Shown: positions 47,437 to 56,466, counted from the first letter of the stretch. The stretch: 64,000 bases of DNA from an uncultured Gammaproteobacteria bacterium (GCA_964536975.1 CAZHYS010000001.1:34329-98328), one strand, 5' to 3'. A program made the numbers and translations. Notes: generated by a model from the letters alone, not told the origin.

Positions 47437-48687
47437 ATGTGTCTTACTATCCCTCTCCAAATCAAAAATATTTCCAACGGCCGGGCCGAGCTGTCCGATG
47501 GCCGTCTGGTTGTCGCGCCGTTAATCTCTGATTTGAAAAAAGGGGATTGGGTGCTCCACACTGGCGATTTTTTGATAAAAAAAATAGAGGCCGAAGAAGC
47601 TCGGGAGATTCTGGAACTGATTGATTCGTATCCCGGAATTAATTTGGATGAATTTCCGCCGAAGTTCAAAAATATTTTGGAGTCAACCGCCGAGCGGGAA
47701 TTGTCCGCGCAGGAGATTGAATACTTGCTCGGCATTGAAGACGAGCAGCTGCTCCGGGCGATTTATTCCCAAGCCAATACGATTAGAAAATTGAGCATCA
47801 AGGATCATATTTGCATCCACGGCATTATTGAGTTTTCCAATCATTGCCGCAACAACTGTTTGTATTGCGGATTGCGGAGTGACAATGATATCCGGCGTTA
47901 TCGGATGAGCGTGGAGGAGATTGTTGATCGGGCGGTTTGGGCGGCCGAAGATAAGGGCTATAAAATTCTGGTACTGCAGTCGGGTGAGGACGAATATTAT
48001 GATGAAGAAAGATTATTGCAAATCGTGAGAGGCATCAAATCCCGTTGCCGAGTATTTATCTATTTGAGCATCGGCGACAAGCCAATGGAGACTTACGCCA
48101 AATTGAAAGTAGCGGGCGCGAGCGGGGTATTGTATCGGTTTGAAACTTCCAATAGCGAATTGTATGCAAAATTGCATCCAGGCGACAACTTGGCGGAGCG
48201 ACTGGACAACATCAGAAAAATGAAAGCGCTCGGCTACATCATTTCTTCCGGGCCGATCATCGGTTTGCCCGGCCAGACCATTAAGGATTTGGCGAATGAT
48301 GTGGAGCTGATGCGGGGGTTGGGCGTATTTATGCCGTCAATGGGGCCGTTTATTCCGGCCGGCGGGACGCCGCTGGAGCAGGCAAAGAGCGGTGATTTTG
48401 AACTGTCGCTCAAAATGATCGCGGTGACGCGGCTGGCAATGCCCAAGGCGCGGATTCCGGTGACGACGGCGATGGAGACAATCGGCCCGGCCGATGCCCG
48501 CCATTTGGCGTTTATGGCCGGCGCTAATAGCGTGATGTTCAATCTGACGCCGGAAAAATACCGCAAGGATTATTTTATTTATAACAACAAATTTTTTGAT
48601 CGTGAAAGAAGATACGAGAAATGGGCACTATTTAAGGGAGAGCTTAGTTATAAAATGTTGGAAGACGAGATTGGAGTGAAAATATAG
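47437..48687 (+). CDS. HypC-like domain fused to BioB/HydE-family radical SAM domain
   Basis: N-terminus 'MCLTIPLQIKNI...GDWVLHTGDFLIKKIEAEEAREILELI' collinear with HypC/HupF; 'CRNNCLYCG' CxxxCxxC plus BATS-like region. Confidence 0.65.
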   Translation: MCLTIPLQIKNISNGRAELSDGRLVVAPLISDLKKGDWVLHTGDFLIKKIEAEEAREILELIDSYPGINLDEFPPKFKNILESTAERELSAQEIEYLLGIEDEQLLRAIYSQANTIRKLSIKDHICIHGIIEFSNHCRNNCLYCGLRSDNDIRRYRMSVEEIVDRAVWAAEDKGYKILVLQSGEDEYYDEERLLQIVRGIKSRCRVFIYLSIGDKPMETYAKLKVAGASGVLYRFETSNSELYAKLHPGDNLAERLDNIRKMKALGYIISSGPIIGLPGQTIKDLANDVELMRGLGVFMPSMGPFIPAGGTPLEQAKSGDFELSLKMIAVTRLAMPKARIPVTTAMETIGPADARHLAFMAGANSVMFNLTPEKYRKDYFIYNNKFFDRERRYEKWALFKGELSYKMLEDEIGVKI

Positions 48688-48782
48688 TTAAAATAATGAT
48701 AAAATTAAAGGGATTCCTCCGCTTTCGGTCGGAATGACAATGGGAACAGTAAATCATAAAGAATGTTTGTAATTTTTACAAT

Positions 48783-49595
48783 ATGAAATTGAAAAGTAAA
48801 ATCAAAAAACCGCGGATTGCGATTATCGGCCTTACTTCGTGCGAGGGTTGCCAATTTGTGATGCTGGATCAGGGCAAGAAATTTTTGGATTGGCTGGACA
48901 AAGTGGAAATGGAGGAGTTCCGTTTGATAGAGGACGAGCCAATGTTGGCGTCGCATTACGATATTTGTTTTGTGGAAGGCAATCCTGTCACTCGCGCCAA
49001 CATCAAATTGCTCAAAGAGATGCGGCAGAAATCGGACAAACTAGTGGTAGTTGGCAATTGCGCCGCCTTGGGCGGGGTGTGGGAGCTCAAAAATTACGCT
49101 TCCAAAACCAAAGCGATCAGGGCGGTGTACAAAAAATTGAAAGTCCCGAATCCCGACATCAAAGAAGTGGACAATTTTGTCAAAGTGGATTATGTCATTC
49201 CCGGCTGTCCGATTGACGGGGATGAATTTATTGAGCTGGCCAATCAGCTTTTGGCCAAGAAGACTTTCCGTCTCTCGCAAAATCCGGTTTGCGATGAATG
49301 TCAAAAAGCCGGTTATGAGTGCCTGCTCCAAAAAGGTGAGATTTGTCTCGGACCGATTACGCTCGGCGGTTGTCATGCGGTCTGCTTGAAATCAAAACAG
49401 GCCTGCTGGGGTTGTCGCGGGTTGTTTGATGGCGCGCAAGTGGAAAATTTTATGGAATATCTGCTGAAAAATTTTTCTCGCGAACAAGTCTATCGGGTAA
49501 TGGAGGTATTTGGCGCGCGCGATACGATTTTGAAGCGATTGAAAGAAATGCAGGCGGGAGAGGATGAAAAATCAAAAATAAAATTTAAAAAATAA
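48783..49595 (+). CDS. hydD: [NiFe] hydrogenase small (delta) subunit
   Basis: 'RIAIIGLTSCEGCQFVML', 'VVVGNCAALGGV', 'GCP' motifs of NuoB/HydD-type small subunits; Cys-rich C-terminus. Confidence 0.7.
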   Translation: MKLKSKIKKPRIAIIGLTSCEGCQFVMLDQGKKFLDWLDKVEMEEFRLIEDEPMLASHYDICFVEGNPVTRANIKLLKEMRQKSDKLVVVGNCAALGGVWELKNYASKTKAIRAVYKKLKVPNPDIKEVDNFVKVDYVIPGCPIDGDEFIELANQLLAKKTFRLSQNPVCDECQKAGYECLLQKGEICLGPITLGGCHAVCLKSKQACWGCRGLFDGAQVENFMEYLLKNFSREQVYRVMEVFGARDTILKRLKEMQAGEDEKSKIKFKK

Positions 49596-49596
49596 T

Positions 49597-49636
49597 TCAC
49601 GTCAGTACGCGCGTACTGACGTTCGTACTGACGTCA
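49597..49636. promoter_or_regulatory. 24-bp perfect palindrome 'acgtcagtacgcgcgtactgacgt' plus extra half-site
   Basis: Immediately upstream of AbrB-like small ORF; candidate operator or hairpin. Confidence 0.5.
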
Positions 49637-49641
49637 AATAT

Positions 49642-49809
49642 ATGATAAAATACATTAGAAAGCTGCAAAAAGCGAGCACCCACAGCTACGTTATCACAAT
49701 TCCCAAGGAGTTGATAGAAAAGTTTCGTTGGAAAGAAAGACAGAAATTGGAAATCGCTTGCGACGGCAAAACCGCCAAATTGACAATTAAGGATTGGCGT
49801 AAAAAATAA
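49642..49809 (+). CDS. AbrB/MazE (SpoVT-AbrB) family small DNA-binding protein, 55 aa
   Basis: 'THSYVITIPKELIEKFRWKERQKLEI...KLTI' swapped-hairpin-like; below ORF-track size cut-off. Confidence 0.45.
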   Translation: MIKYIRKLQKASTHSYVITIPKELIEKFRWKERQKLEIACDGKTAKLTIKDWRKK

Positions 49810-49820
49810 TCGGCAAAAAT

Positions 49821-50075
49821 ATGTCGGTAGAAATCTTAGAACAGCCGCAAATAGATCGGCTGGATTTGGAGCATCGGGATTACCTCCAGCGCGAAGTGAT
49901 GCGGCAAATGCTCGGAGAAGAGCCGGGTTATGAAACTCAGCTTGACTGGGTACTTAAATACGGCAAAAAAGTCAGTGATTTGATTGATTTTCACGAGCAT
50001 GACGAAATTAGGGGCTTGGCCATGGATGGCAATTATGAAGAGGCGGCGCAGAGATTAATTGAGTTGTTGGATTGA
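49821..50075 (+). CDS. Hypothetical acidic 84-aa protein
   Basis: ORF only. Confidence 0.4.
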   Translation: MSVEILEQPQIDRLDLEHRDYLQREVMRQMLGEEPGYETQLDWVLKYGKKVSDLIDFHEHDEIRGLAMDGNYEEAAQRLIELLD

Positions 50076-50384
50076 TGGGGGATGGAATACTGGGATCGTA
50101 GGCAGTAATCAGTAATTGGTAACGGGATTTTGGTTCGGAACTCGTAACTCGCGACTCGTAACTCGGAATAGTCCGTGATGTGGAGTACTGCGTCATCCCG
50201 AGCGAAGTCGAGGGATCCCTCCACGGAGTTTACCCTGAGCGTAGTCGAAGGGATCGGGATGACAAAATGGAAATGGGATTGCTTCGTCCGCTTGAGGCGT
50301 CCTCGCAATGACAGTGCTAAGCGGATTGGAAATTTATTGTAAATTTTAAATTGAAAACTTGTGGTGAACGAAGCTGAACCATTA

Positions 50385-50642
50385 AAAATTTGTAGCTATG
50401 CGCATCCAAATTAATCATATTGGCAAGATGTCCGCCTTCGCTCCGTTGAGCTTTGGCGAGACGAATATTTAGATAATTAATTATTTTTTTAAAATTTGTA
50501 GCTATGCGCATCCAAATTAATCATATTGGCAAGATGTCCGCCTTCGCTCCGTTGAGCTTTGGCGAGACGAATATTTAGATAATTAATTATTTTTTTAAAA
50601 TTTGTAGCTATGCGCATCCAAATTAATCATATTGGCAAGATG
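50385..50642 (+). repeat. 106-bp tandem direct repeat (about 2.3 copies), each copy containing the first 33 nt of hydA and its upstream region
   Basis: 'aaaatttgtagctatgcgcatccaaattaatcatattggcaagatg' recurs with ATGs at 50398, 50504, 50610; first two copies continue 'tccgccttcgctccgttgagctttggcgagacgaatatttag'. Confidence 0.85.
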
Positions 50643-51941
50643 GAGGGGCACGCTGATTTTGTGGCCGAGATTTTGCGTGGCGATGTAAAATCAGCCAAAA
50701 TCATCACCACCGAAGGCGCGCGGCTGATTGAAGGCATCTTGATCGGTCGGCATTTTTCCGAGGCGCCGATAATCACCTCTCGCATTTGTGGCATTTGTCC
50801 GGTCGTCCACAAATTGTCATCAATCAAAGCGATTGAAAACGCCTTTGACATTACGCCCAGAGAACAAATCGTCAAACTCCGCAAATTGATCAATTTGGCG
50901 CAAGTCATCCATAGTCACGCGCTTCATCTTTTCTTCTTGTCTTTGCCGGATTTTTTTGACATTGAAAACGATCTCAACTTTGTCAAAAAATATCCTCGCG
51001 AAACAGGGTGCGCCATCAAGACGAGGGATTGGGCGCTCAAAATCATTGAGGTCGTCGGCGGCCGGGCCGTTCATCCGATTGCCTGCGAGGTCGGCGGTTT
51101 CAAAGTTTGGCCGGAAAAAAACGAATTGAAAAATCTAGCCGATCAATACGAAACGATTTTGAAAAATGCTTTGAGTCTGGTCAATTTTGCCATCACGATA
51201 AAATATCCGAGGTTTCGCCGGCCAACCGCGTTTGTCAGCTTGACAAACAAAGACGAGTACGCGCTGTACGACGGCGATGTCAAAATAACAGAACCGGACG
51301 GCGGGAGCCGGATAATCAAAGCGGAAAGATATACCAAAAATATCAAAGAGATAGAGGAGCCGTATCGGGCGGCTAAGTCGGCGACTTTAGACGGCAAGCC
51401 GTTTATGGTCGGCGCTTTGGCGCGAATAAACAATAATCGCGACCAGCTCAATCCGTTGGCCAAGGGATTGCTCAAAGGATTAAATTGGAGATTTCCGCAG
51501 TACAACACTTTTGAAAACATTACCGCTCAGGCGATTGAAATAGTCCATTGCATTGAAGAGGCAAAGAAGATTTTGGATGATTTGGTGTCTGACTCCTCCA
51601 CCTTACGGAGGGGGAGGCTGGGAGGGGGTAAAACGCAAAAGGAAGAACAGCTATCATTGGATGTCATCGCCGGCGCCAATCCACTCGGCCGGGAAGCAAT
51701 AGGCGTAGACGCGATTGAAGCGCCGCGGGGCACCTTGTATCATTATTACAAGATCGATAAGAATGGCTATATCGCTGATTGCAACATTATCACGCCGACC
51801 GTTTCTTATCTGAAAAATTTGGAAGCGGATGTTTTGGCCTATCTCCCCAACGTGATGAAACTGCCTACCAAAAAACGGGCGATCAAAATCCGTGGCCTTA
51901 TCCGCGCTTACGATCCGTGTATTGCGTGTGCGACACACTGA
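50610..51941 (+). CDS. hydA: [NiFe] hydrogenase large (alpha) subunit, group 3b-like, without C-terminal processing extension
   Basis: N-terminal 'RICGICPVVH' and C-terminal 'DPCIACATH' nickel-binding motifs; protein ends at the His. Confidence 0.8.
   Translation: MRIQINHIGKMEGHADFVAEILRGDVKSAKIITTEGARLIEGILIGRHFSEAPIITSRICGICPVVHKLSSIKAIENAFDITPREQIVKLRKLINLAQVIHSHALHLFFLSLPDFFDIENDLNFVKKYPRETGCAIKTRDWALKIIEVVGGRAVHPIACEVGGFKVWPEKNELKNLADQYETILKNALSLVNFAITIKYPRFRRPTAFVSLTNKDEYALYDGDVKITEPDGGSRIIKAERYTKNIKEIEEPYRAAKSATLDGKPFMVGALARINNNRDQLNPLAKGLLKGLNWRFPQYNTFENITAQAIEIVHCIEEAKKILDDLVSDSSTLRRGRLGGGKTQKEEQLSLDVIAGANPLGREAIGVDAIEAPRGTLYHYYKIDKNGYIADCNIITPTVSYLKNLEADVLAYLPNVMKLPTKKRAIKIRGLIRAYDPCIACATH
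51594..51629. repeat. GC-rich palindromic mini-repeat, copy C (in-frame inside hydA)
   Basis: 'tcctccaccttacggagggggaggctgggagggggt' encodes 'SSTLRRGRLGGG'. Confidence 0.75.
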
Positions 51942-51945
51942 AATG

Positions 51946-52056
51946 GCATATGGCTAATAGCTTATAGCATATAGCTTATAGCTTATAGCTTATAGCTTAT
52001 AGCTTATAGCATATAGCATATAACATATAGCTTATAGCATATAGCATATGGTATAT
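51946..52056. repeat. Microsatellite (agcttat / agcatat heptamer array)
   Basis: 'agcttatagcttatagcttatagcttatagcttatagcatatagcatat'; reverse-complement motif 'ccataagc' arrays at 47385-47430 and 52455-52480. Confidence 0.85.
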
Positions 52057-52081
52057 AATGAATAAATTATAATGATACTTC

Positions 52082-52435
52082 ATGTTTAGGTTTGAAAGTT
52101 TGGAAATATGGCAGGAAGCCATTAAATTTTCTAATTTAATTTATAATATAACAGGAAAGTTTCCCAAAGAAGAATTATTTGGATTGGCCAGTCAATTAAA
52201 TAGAGCGGCGGTTTCGGTTTCTGCAAATATAGCCGAAGGATCAGCAGCTGCCTCGGTAAAAGAATTTACTATGTTTCTTGGCTTTTCAATCCGCTCGGGA
52301 GTTGAAGTTATTTCGGAATTATTTATCGCAAAGGAGAGGGGATATATTAAAGATCAAGAATTTCAAGAATTATATTCTATCGGGGAAATATTAATAAAAA
52401 GAATAACTTTTTTCAAAAACAATTTAAAAAAATAG
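52082..52435 (+). CDS. Four-helix-bundle protein (23S rRNA IVS protein family)
   Basis: 'LASQLNRAAVSVSANIAEGSAAASVKEF'. Confidence 0.7.
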   Translation: MFRFESLEIWQEAIKFSNLIYNITGKFPKEELFGLASQLNRAAVSVSANIAEGSAAASVKEFTMFLGFSIRSGVEVISELFIAKERGYIKDQEFQELYSIGEILIKRITFFKNNLKK

Positions 52436-52485
52436 GCAGATGTCATGTGTTATGAGCCATATGCCATTAGCCATAAGCTAATTTT

Positions 52486-52740
52486 ATGCACGATTTCCAT
52501 CTCGCCGACCAAATCTACAAGACGATTATGGATTACGCGGCGAAAAACAACCTGAAAAAAATCACCAAAGCGACGATTGAACTCGGCTCAATTGTGGAGC
52601 ATGGCGAAGAAATTTTGCCGGAGAATTTGGTTTTTAACATTAAGATGTTGGCCGAAGGCGGACTAGCGGAAGGCCTGGAAGTGTCTGTCGCCAAAATCGC
52701 CGGCGACAGTTGGATACTTAAGGAGATAGAAGGAGAATAG
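52486..52740 (+). CDS. HypA-like N-terminal domain protein lacking Zn-finger
   Basis: 'MHDFHLADQIYKTIMDYAAKNNLKKITKATIELGSI' resembles HypA MHE N-terminus; no Cys in 84 aa. Confidence 0.4.
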   Translation: MHDFHLADQIYKTIMDYAAKNNLKKITKATIELGSIVEHGEEILPENLVFNIKMLAEGGLAEGLEVSVAKIAGDSWILKEIEGE

Positions 52741-52869
52741 GAATGAAGTTTCTAATTTCTAATGTCTAATTTCTAATAAAATTCAAATTTTTAAATTTTA
52801 TTTGTTTTTTTGTAGTTTTTGATTTTGAATTTTATGCGGCTATCTTAATCTATGTTATAATATGTTCAG

Positions 52870-54045
52870 ATGAAAATAAAATCCATTCGCCAAGTTAAGA
52901 ATCTGCGAGGCAAGCGCGTACTCATTCGCGTTGATTTCAACGTGCCGCTTGGCGCCAATGGCAAAGTTGATCCCGAAGAAGAGTACCGGATCATTCAGAG
53001 CTTGCCGACGATAAAATATTTGATCAAGAAAAAAGCCAAAGTAATCATCATGGCTCATTTGGGCCGGCCGGATGGCAGGGTGGTGGAAAAATTCCGCTTG
53101 GATCCGGTGGCGGCTCGCTTGGCGCGGCTATTGGGTAAAAGCATTTACAAAAGCGACATCGTCATCGGCAAGGATGTGGAAAAAAAGATTGCCGAGATGA
53201 AAAAGGGCGACGTCTTGATGCTGGAGAATGTCCGGTTTGATCGTCGCGAAGAGACGGGAAACAAGACCTTTGCCAGACAGCTGGCTAAGCTTGGTGATAT
53301 TTTCGTCAACGACGGGTTTGCTGTATCTCATCGCGAGCATGTTTCAGTGGCGACAATCCAAAATTATCTCCCTAGCTACGGCGGTTTCCTTTTGGAACAA
53401 GAAATTGATAACTTGAGCGGAGTTTTTGATCGATCGCCCAAGCCGCTGGTGGCCGTTATCGGCGGCGCCAAAATTTCCACCAAAATAAAAGTCATCGGCA
53501 GATTTTTGGATTCGGCTGATTATGTCCTCCTCGGCGGCGCGCTGGCCAACACTGTTCTAAAAGCGCTTGGCGTGGCTGTCGGCAAATCAATGATTGAGCC
53601 CAAGATGGTAGATGAAATAAGAAAAATAAAATTGACTGATGATCAGTTGCGCGTGCCGGTGGACGGAATTTTCGCGTCCAGCTTCAAGGCCATCAAGGGC
53701 CGAATTGACGCGCTCGGCGATATCCGCAAAAACGAGGTGATTTTGGATATCGGGCCGGATACGATAGAATTATATCGGCATATCATCAGTCAAGCCAAGA
53801 CGATCGTGTGGAACGGGCCGATGGGACTGGTTGAAACGCCGTTTTTTGCCCGCGGCACCAGGGAGCTGATCAAGATTTTGGCCGCTTCCAAAGCCAAGAC
53901 TATCGTCGGCGGCGGCGAGACAGTGCAACTGATTCGGAAAATGGGTTTGGAAAAAAAGTTTACCTTTATTTCCACCGGCGGCGGCGCGATGCTGGAATTT
54001 TTGGAAGGGAAGAAGCTACCAGGGCTTAAAAAAATAGTTTCTTGA
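52870..54045 (+). CDS. pgk: Phosphoglycerate kinase
   Basis: 'VLIRVDFNVPL', 'MAHLGRP', 'GGGA' hinge motifs. Confidence 0.9.
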   Translation: MKIKSIRQVKNLRGKRVLIRVDFNVPLGANGKVDPEEEYRIIQSLPTIKYLIKKKAKVIIMAHLGRPDGRVVEKFRLDPVAARLARLLGKSIYKSDIVIGKDVEKKIAEMKKGDVLMLENVRFDRREETGNKTFARQLAKLGDIFVNDGFAVSHREHVSVATIQNYLPSYGGFLLEQEIDNLSGVFDRSPKPLVAVIGGAKISTKIKVIGRFLDSADYVLLGGALANTVLKALGVAVGKSMIEPKMVDEIRKIKLTDDQLRVPVDGIFASSFKAIKGRIDALGDIRKNEVILDIGPDTIELYRHIISQAKTIVWNGPMGLVETPFFARGTRELIKILAASKAKTIVGGGETVQLIRKMGLEKKFTFISTGGGAMLEFLEGKKLPGLKKIVS

Positions 54046-54268
54046 TAAAATTTTTAATTTTTATTTTTCAATCCGTCACCGTGGATAATTATCAGTTTTT
54101 AAAAAATAATTATTGTTTAATTGTCCCCACCACAGGCGGGCAGGCGCCGCGGCGGATTGTAAAATTGTTTGGTACCCCCAATTATAGAAGCGGCATAAAA
54201 ACAATATAACAATATAGCCATTTAGCAACTTTTATTATAACAACTAAATAATAAATTAACAGACTCCT

Positions 54269-55078
54269 ATGAATGAAAATTTTTCCGGTGGTACCCCCAA
54301 GTATCACGTCAAATTGGTTTTTTCAGTGTTCGCGATAATCGTGATGATCTTTTTGTCCGCTTATCTCGTCAGCCTGACGCGAAACGCCTGGGAAAATTAC
54401 AATTATATCGGTAAGAGTCCCGAATACCAGGATCGGGTCAGTGTTTCCGGCCTTGGCGAGGTGACTGCCAAACCGGATGTGGCGTTGGTAAATGTCGGCA
54501 TTATCACCCAGAAGTCAACTGTGGAAGAAGCGCAGACGGAAAATAACAACAAAATGAACGCGATTATCACCGAGCTAAAGGGCCAGTACAAGATTGCCGA
54601 AGAAGATATTAAAACCAGTTATTATCAGATTAACCCTCGTTATGATTGGACCGAAGGTCGCCAAAGGATAATTGGTTATGAAGTTAGCCAGTCAGTGGAG
54701 GTGAAGGTGCGGAATTTTGACAATATCGGCAAGATTGTTTCCATGGCCGGTGAAAAAGGCGCCAATAGCGTCAGTGGTCCGAATTTTACTATTGATGATC
54801 CGGAAGTTTACAAAGCTGAAGCAAGAAAAGAGGCGATCGCTCAAGCCAAGGAAAAGGCCAAGTCATTGGCCGATGAAGTCGGTATCAATCTTGGTCGGAT
54901 AGTCGGCTTTTCCGAGGATATGGCCACGCCGTCATATTATGCCGGCGATTACGCTTACGGAATGGGTAGTTCAGTGGAGGAAAAAGCACTTTCTTCGGCG
55001 GTGCCGCAAGCAGATATCCAATCCGGCAGCCAGGAGGTCAAGGTCAATGTGTATATCACTTACGAGATTGGGAAATAG
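54269..55078 (+). CDS. SIMPL-domain (DUF541) protein with N-terminal TM anchor
   Basis: 'VSGLGEVTAKPDVALVNVGI...AEEDIKTSYYQINPRYDW' SIMPL pattern. Confidence 0.6.
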   Translation: MNENFSGGTPKYHVKLVFSVFAIIVMIFLSAYLVSLTRNAWENYNYIGKSPEYQDRVSVSGLGEVTAKPDVALVNVGIITQKSTVEEAQTENNNKMNAIITELKGQYKIAEEDIKTSYYQINPRYDWTEGRQRIIGYEVSQSVEVKVRNFDNIGKIVSMAGEKGANSVSGPNFTIDDPEVYKAEARKEAIAQAKEKAKSLADEVGINLGRIVGFSEDMATPSYYAGDYAYGMGSSVEEKALSSAVPQADIQSGSQEVKVNVYITYEIGK

Positions 55079-55095
55079 TTTTTCAAACCAACTTT

Positions 55096-55125
55096 TAAAA
55101 ACAGTCCGCCGCGGCGGACTGTTTT
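55096..55125 (+). terminator. Rho-independent terminator
   Basis: 'aaaaacagtccgccgcggcggactgttttt'. Confidence 0.7.
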
Positions 55126-55218
55126 TAAAATCCAATGCTTTTGTGTTATAATAAATCTGCTATTTTTATCCTAGTGGATATTTTTTAATATTATAAATAA
55201 ATAAGTAAAAAATCGTTT

Positions 55219-56466
55219 ATGTCAAAGATCAAGTCAATCAAGGGTCGGGAAATATTGGATTCTCGGGGTAATCCGACTGTAGAAGTGGAAGTGGTCTTGT
55301 CGAGTGGCAAGAAGGCCTGGGCGGCAGTACCCAGTGGCGCCTCCACTGGCAGCTATGAAGCACTGGAGCTTCGTGATGGCGATAAAAAAAGATACGGTGG
55401 CAAGGGAGTCTTGAAAGCGGTCAAAAATATCAATGAAAAAATAGCCCCCAAACTGAAAGGAATGGAAGTGGCCAAACAAAGGGAAATTGATAAAATGATG
55501 CTTGATCTTGATGGCACGGAAAACAAATCAAAATTGGGCGCCAACGCCATTTTGGGCGTATCATTGGCAGTGGCGCGAGCCGCGGCGATTGACGCCAAAA
55601 AGCCGCTTTATGCTTATCTCAATAAGAAATTCTGGTCCAAGAAAAAGATGTCTTTTCCGGTGCCGATGATGAATATTATGAATGGCGGCGCTCATGCCGG
55701 CTGGTCCATTGATATCCAGGAGTTTATGGTCACCCCTCAGCAGAATAATGTCAAAGAAGCAGTGCGTTGCGGCGCGGAAATTTTTCACGCTTTGAAAAAG
55801 ATTTTGAAAGACAAGGGCTATCAGACCACGGTTGGCGATGAGGGCGGTTATGCGCCGAAATTGCCCGGCAATGAACAGGCGCTCAAGGTGATCTTGGAGG
55901 CGATTGCCGCTGCTGGCTATAAAGCAGGCAAAGACGTCAAAATCGCCATTGATGCCGCTTCCTCAGAATTCCATAAGGACGGCGTTTATGATATGGTGGC
56001 GGACAAGAAAAAGAGAAGCGCCGCGGATATGGTGGCAATGTATGGCGATTGGATTACTCGTTATCCGATTGAGTCATTGGAAGACGGCTTAGCTGAAGAT
56101 GATTGGGACGGTTGGAAGACCTTGACCGGCAAGCTCGGCAAAAAAATCGCTTTGGTCGGCGATGACTTGTTTGTGACCAATGTCAAGAGATTGAAAAAGG
56201 GCATAGAACAGGAAGTCGGCAATGCCATTCTGATAAAATTGAACCAAATCGGCAGCTTGACTGAAACTGTGGAAGCGATCAAGCTGGCGCAGGAGCATGG
56301 TTACAAGATCGCTGTGTCGCACAGGAGCGGCGAAACGGTTGATGACTTTATTTCTGATCTGTCTGTCGCTTGCGGCGCCGAGTATATCAAGACTGGCTCG
56401 CTTTGCCGCAGCGAACGCATCGCCAAATACAATCGGCTGATGGAAATTTGGGATGAAATAAAGTAA
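55219..56466 (+). CDS. eno: Enolase
   Basis: '[22 protein letters not shown]', 'SHRSGETED'-like '[11 protein letters not shown]'. Confidence 0.9.
   Translation: MSKIKSIKGREILDSRGNPTVEVEVVLSSGKKAWAAVPSGASTGSYEALELRDGDKKRYGGKGVLKAVKNINEKIAPKLKGMEVAKQREIDKMMLDLDGTENKSKLGANAILGVSLAVARAAAIDAKKPLYAYLNKKFWSKKKMSFPVPMMNIMNGGAHAGWSIDIQEFMVTPQQNNVKEAVRCGAEIFHALKKILKDKGYQTTVGDEGGYAPKLPGNEQALKVILEAIAAAGYKAGKDVKIAIDAASSEFHKDGVYDMVADKKKRSAADMVAMYGDWITRYPIESLEDGLAEDDWDGWKTLTGKLGKKIALVGDDLFVTNVKRLKKGIEQEVGNAILIKLNQIGSLTETVEAIKLAQEHGYKIAVSHRSGETVDDFISDLSVACGAEYIKTGSLCRSERIAKYNRLMEIWDEIK

Noticed and set aside
51946-52056. Possible CRISPR array
   Set aside because: Unit is a 7-bp microsatellite (agcttat/agcatat) with no spacers; not CRISPR. 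The 106-bp tandem repeat at 50385-50642 likewise has no unique spacers and duplicates a gene start.
54100-54200. Possible tRNA in the pgk-SIMPL spacer (GC-rich 'ccccaccacaggcgggcaggcgccgcggcggattg')
   Set aside because: Could not fold into a convincing cloverleaf with anticodon loop by eye; shares 'ccaccacaggcgg' with 37275-37290, so more likely another small repeat. No tRNA or rRNA called in the window.
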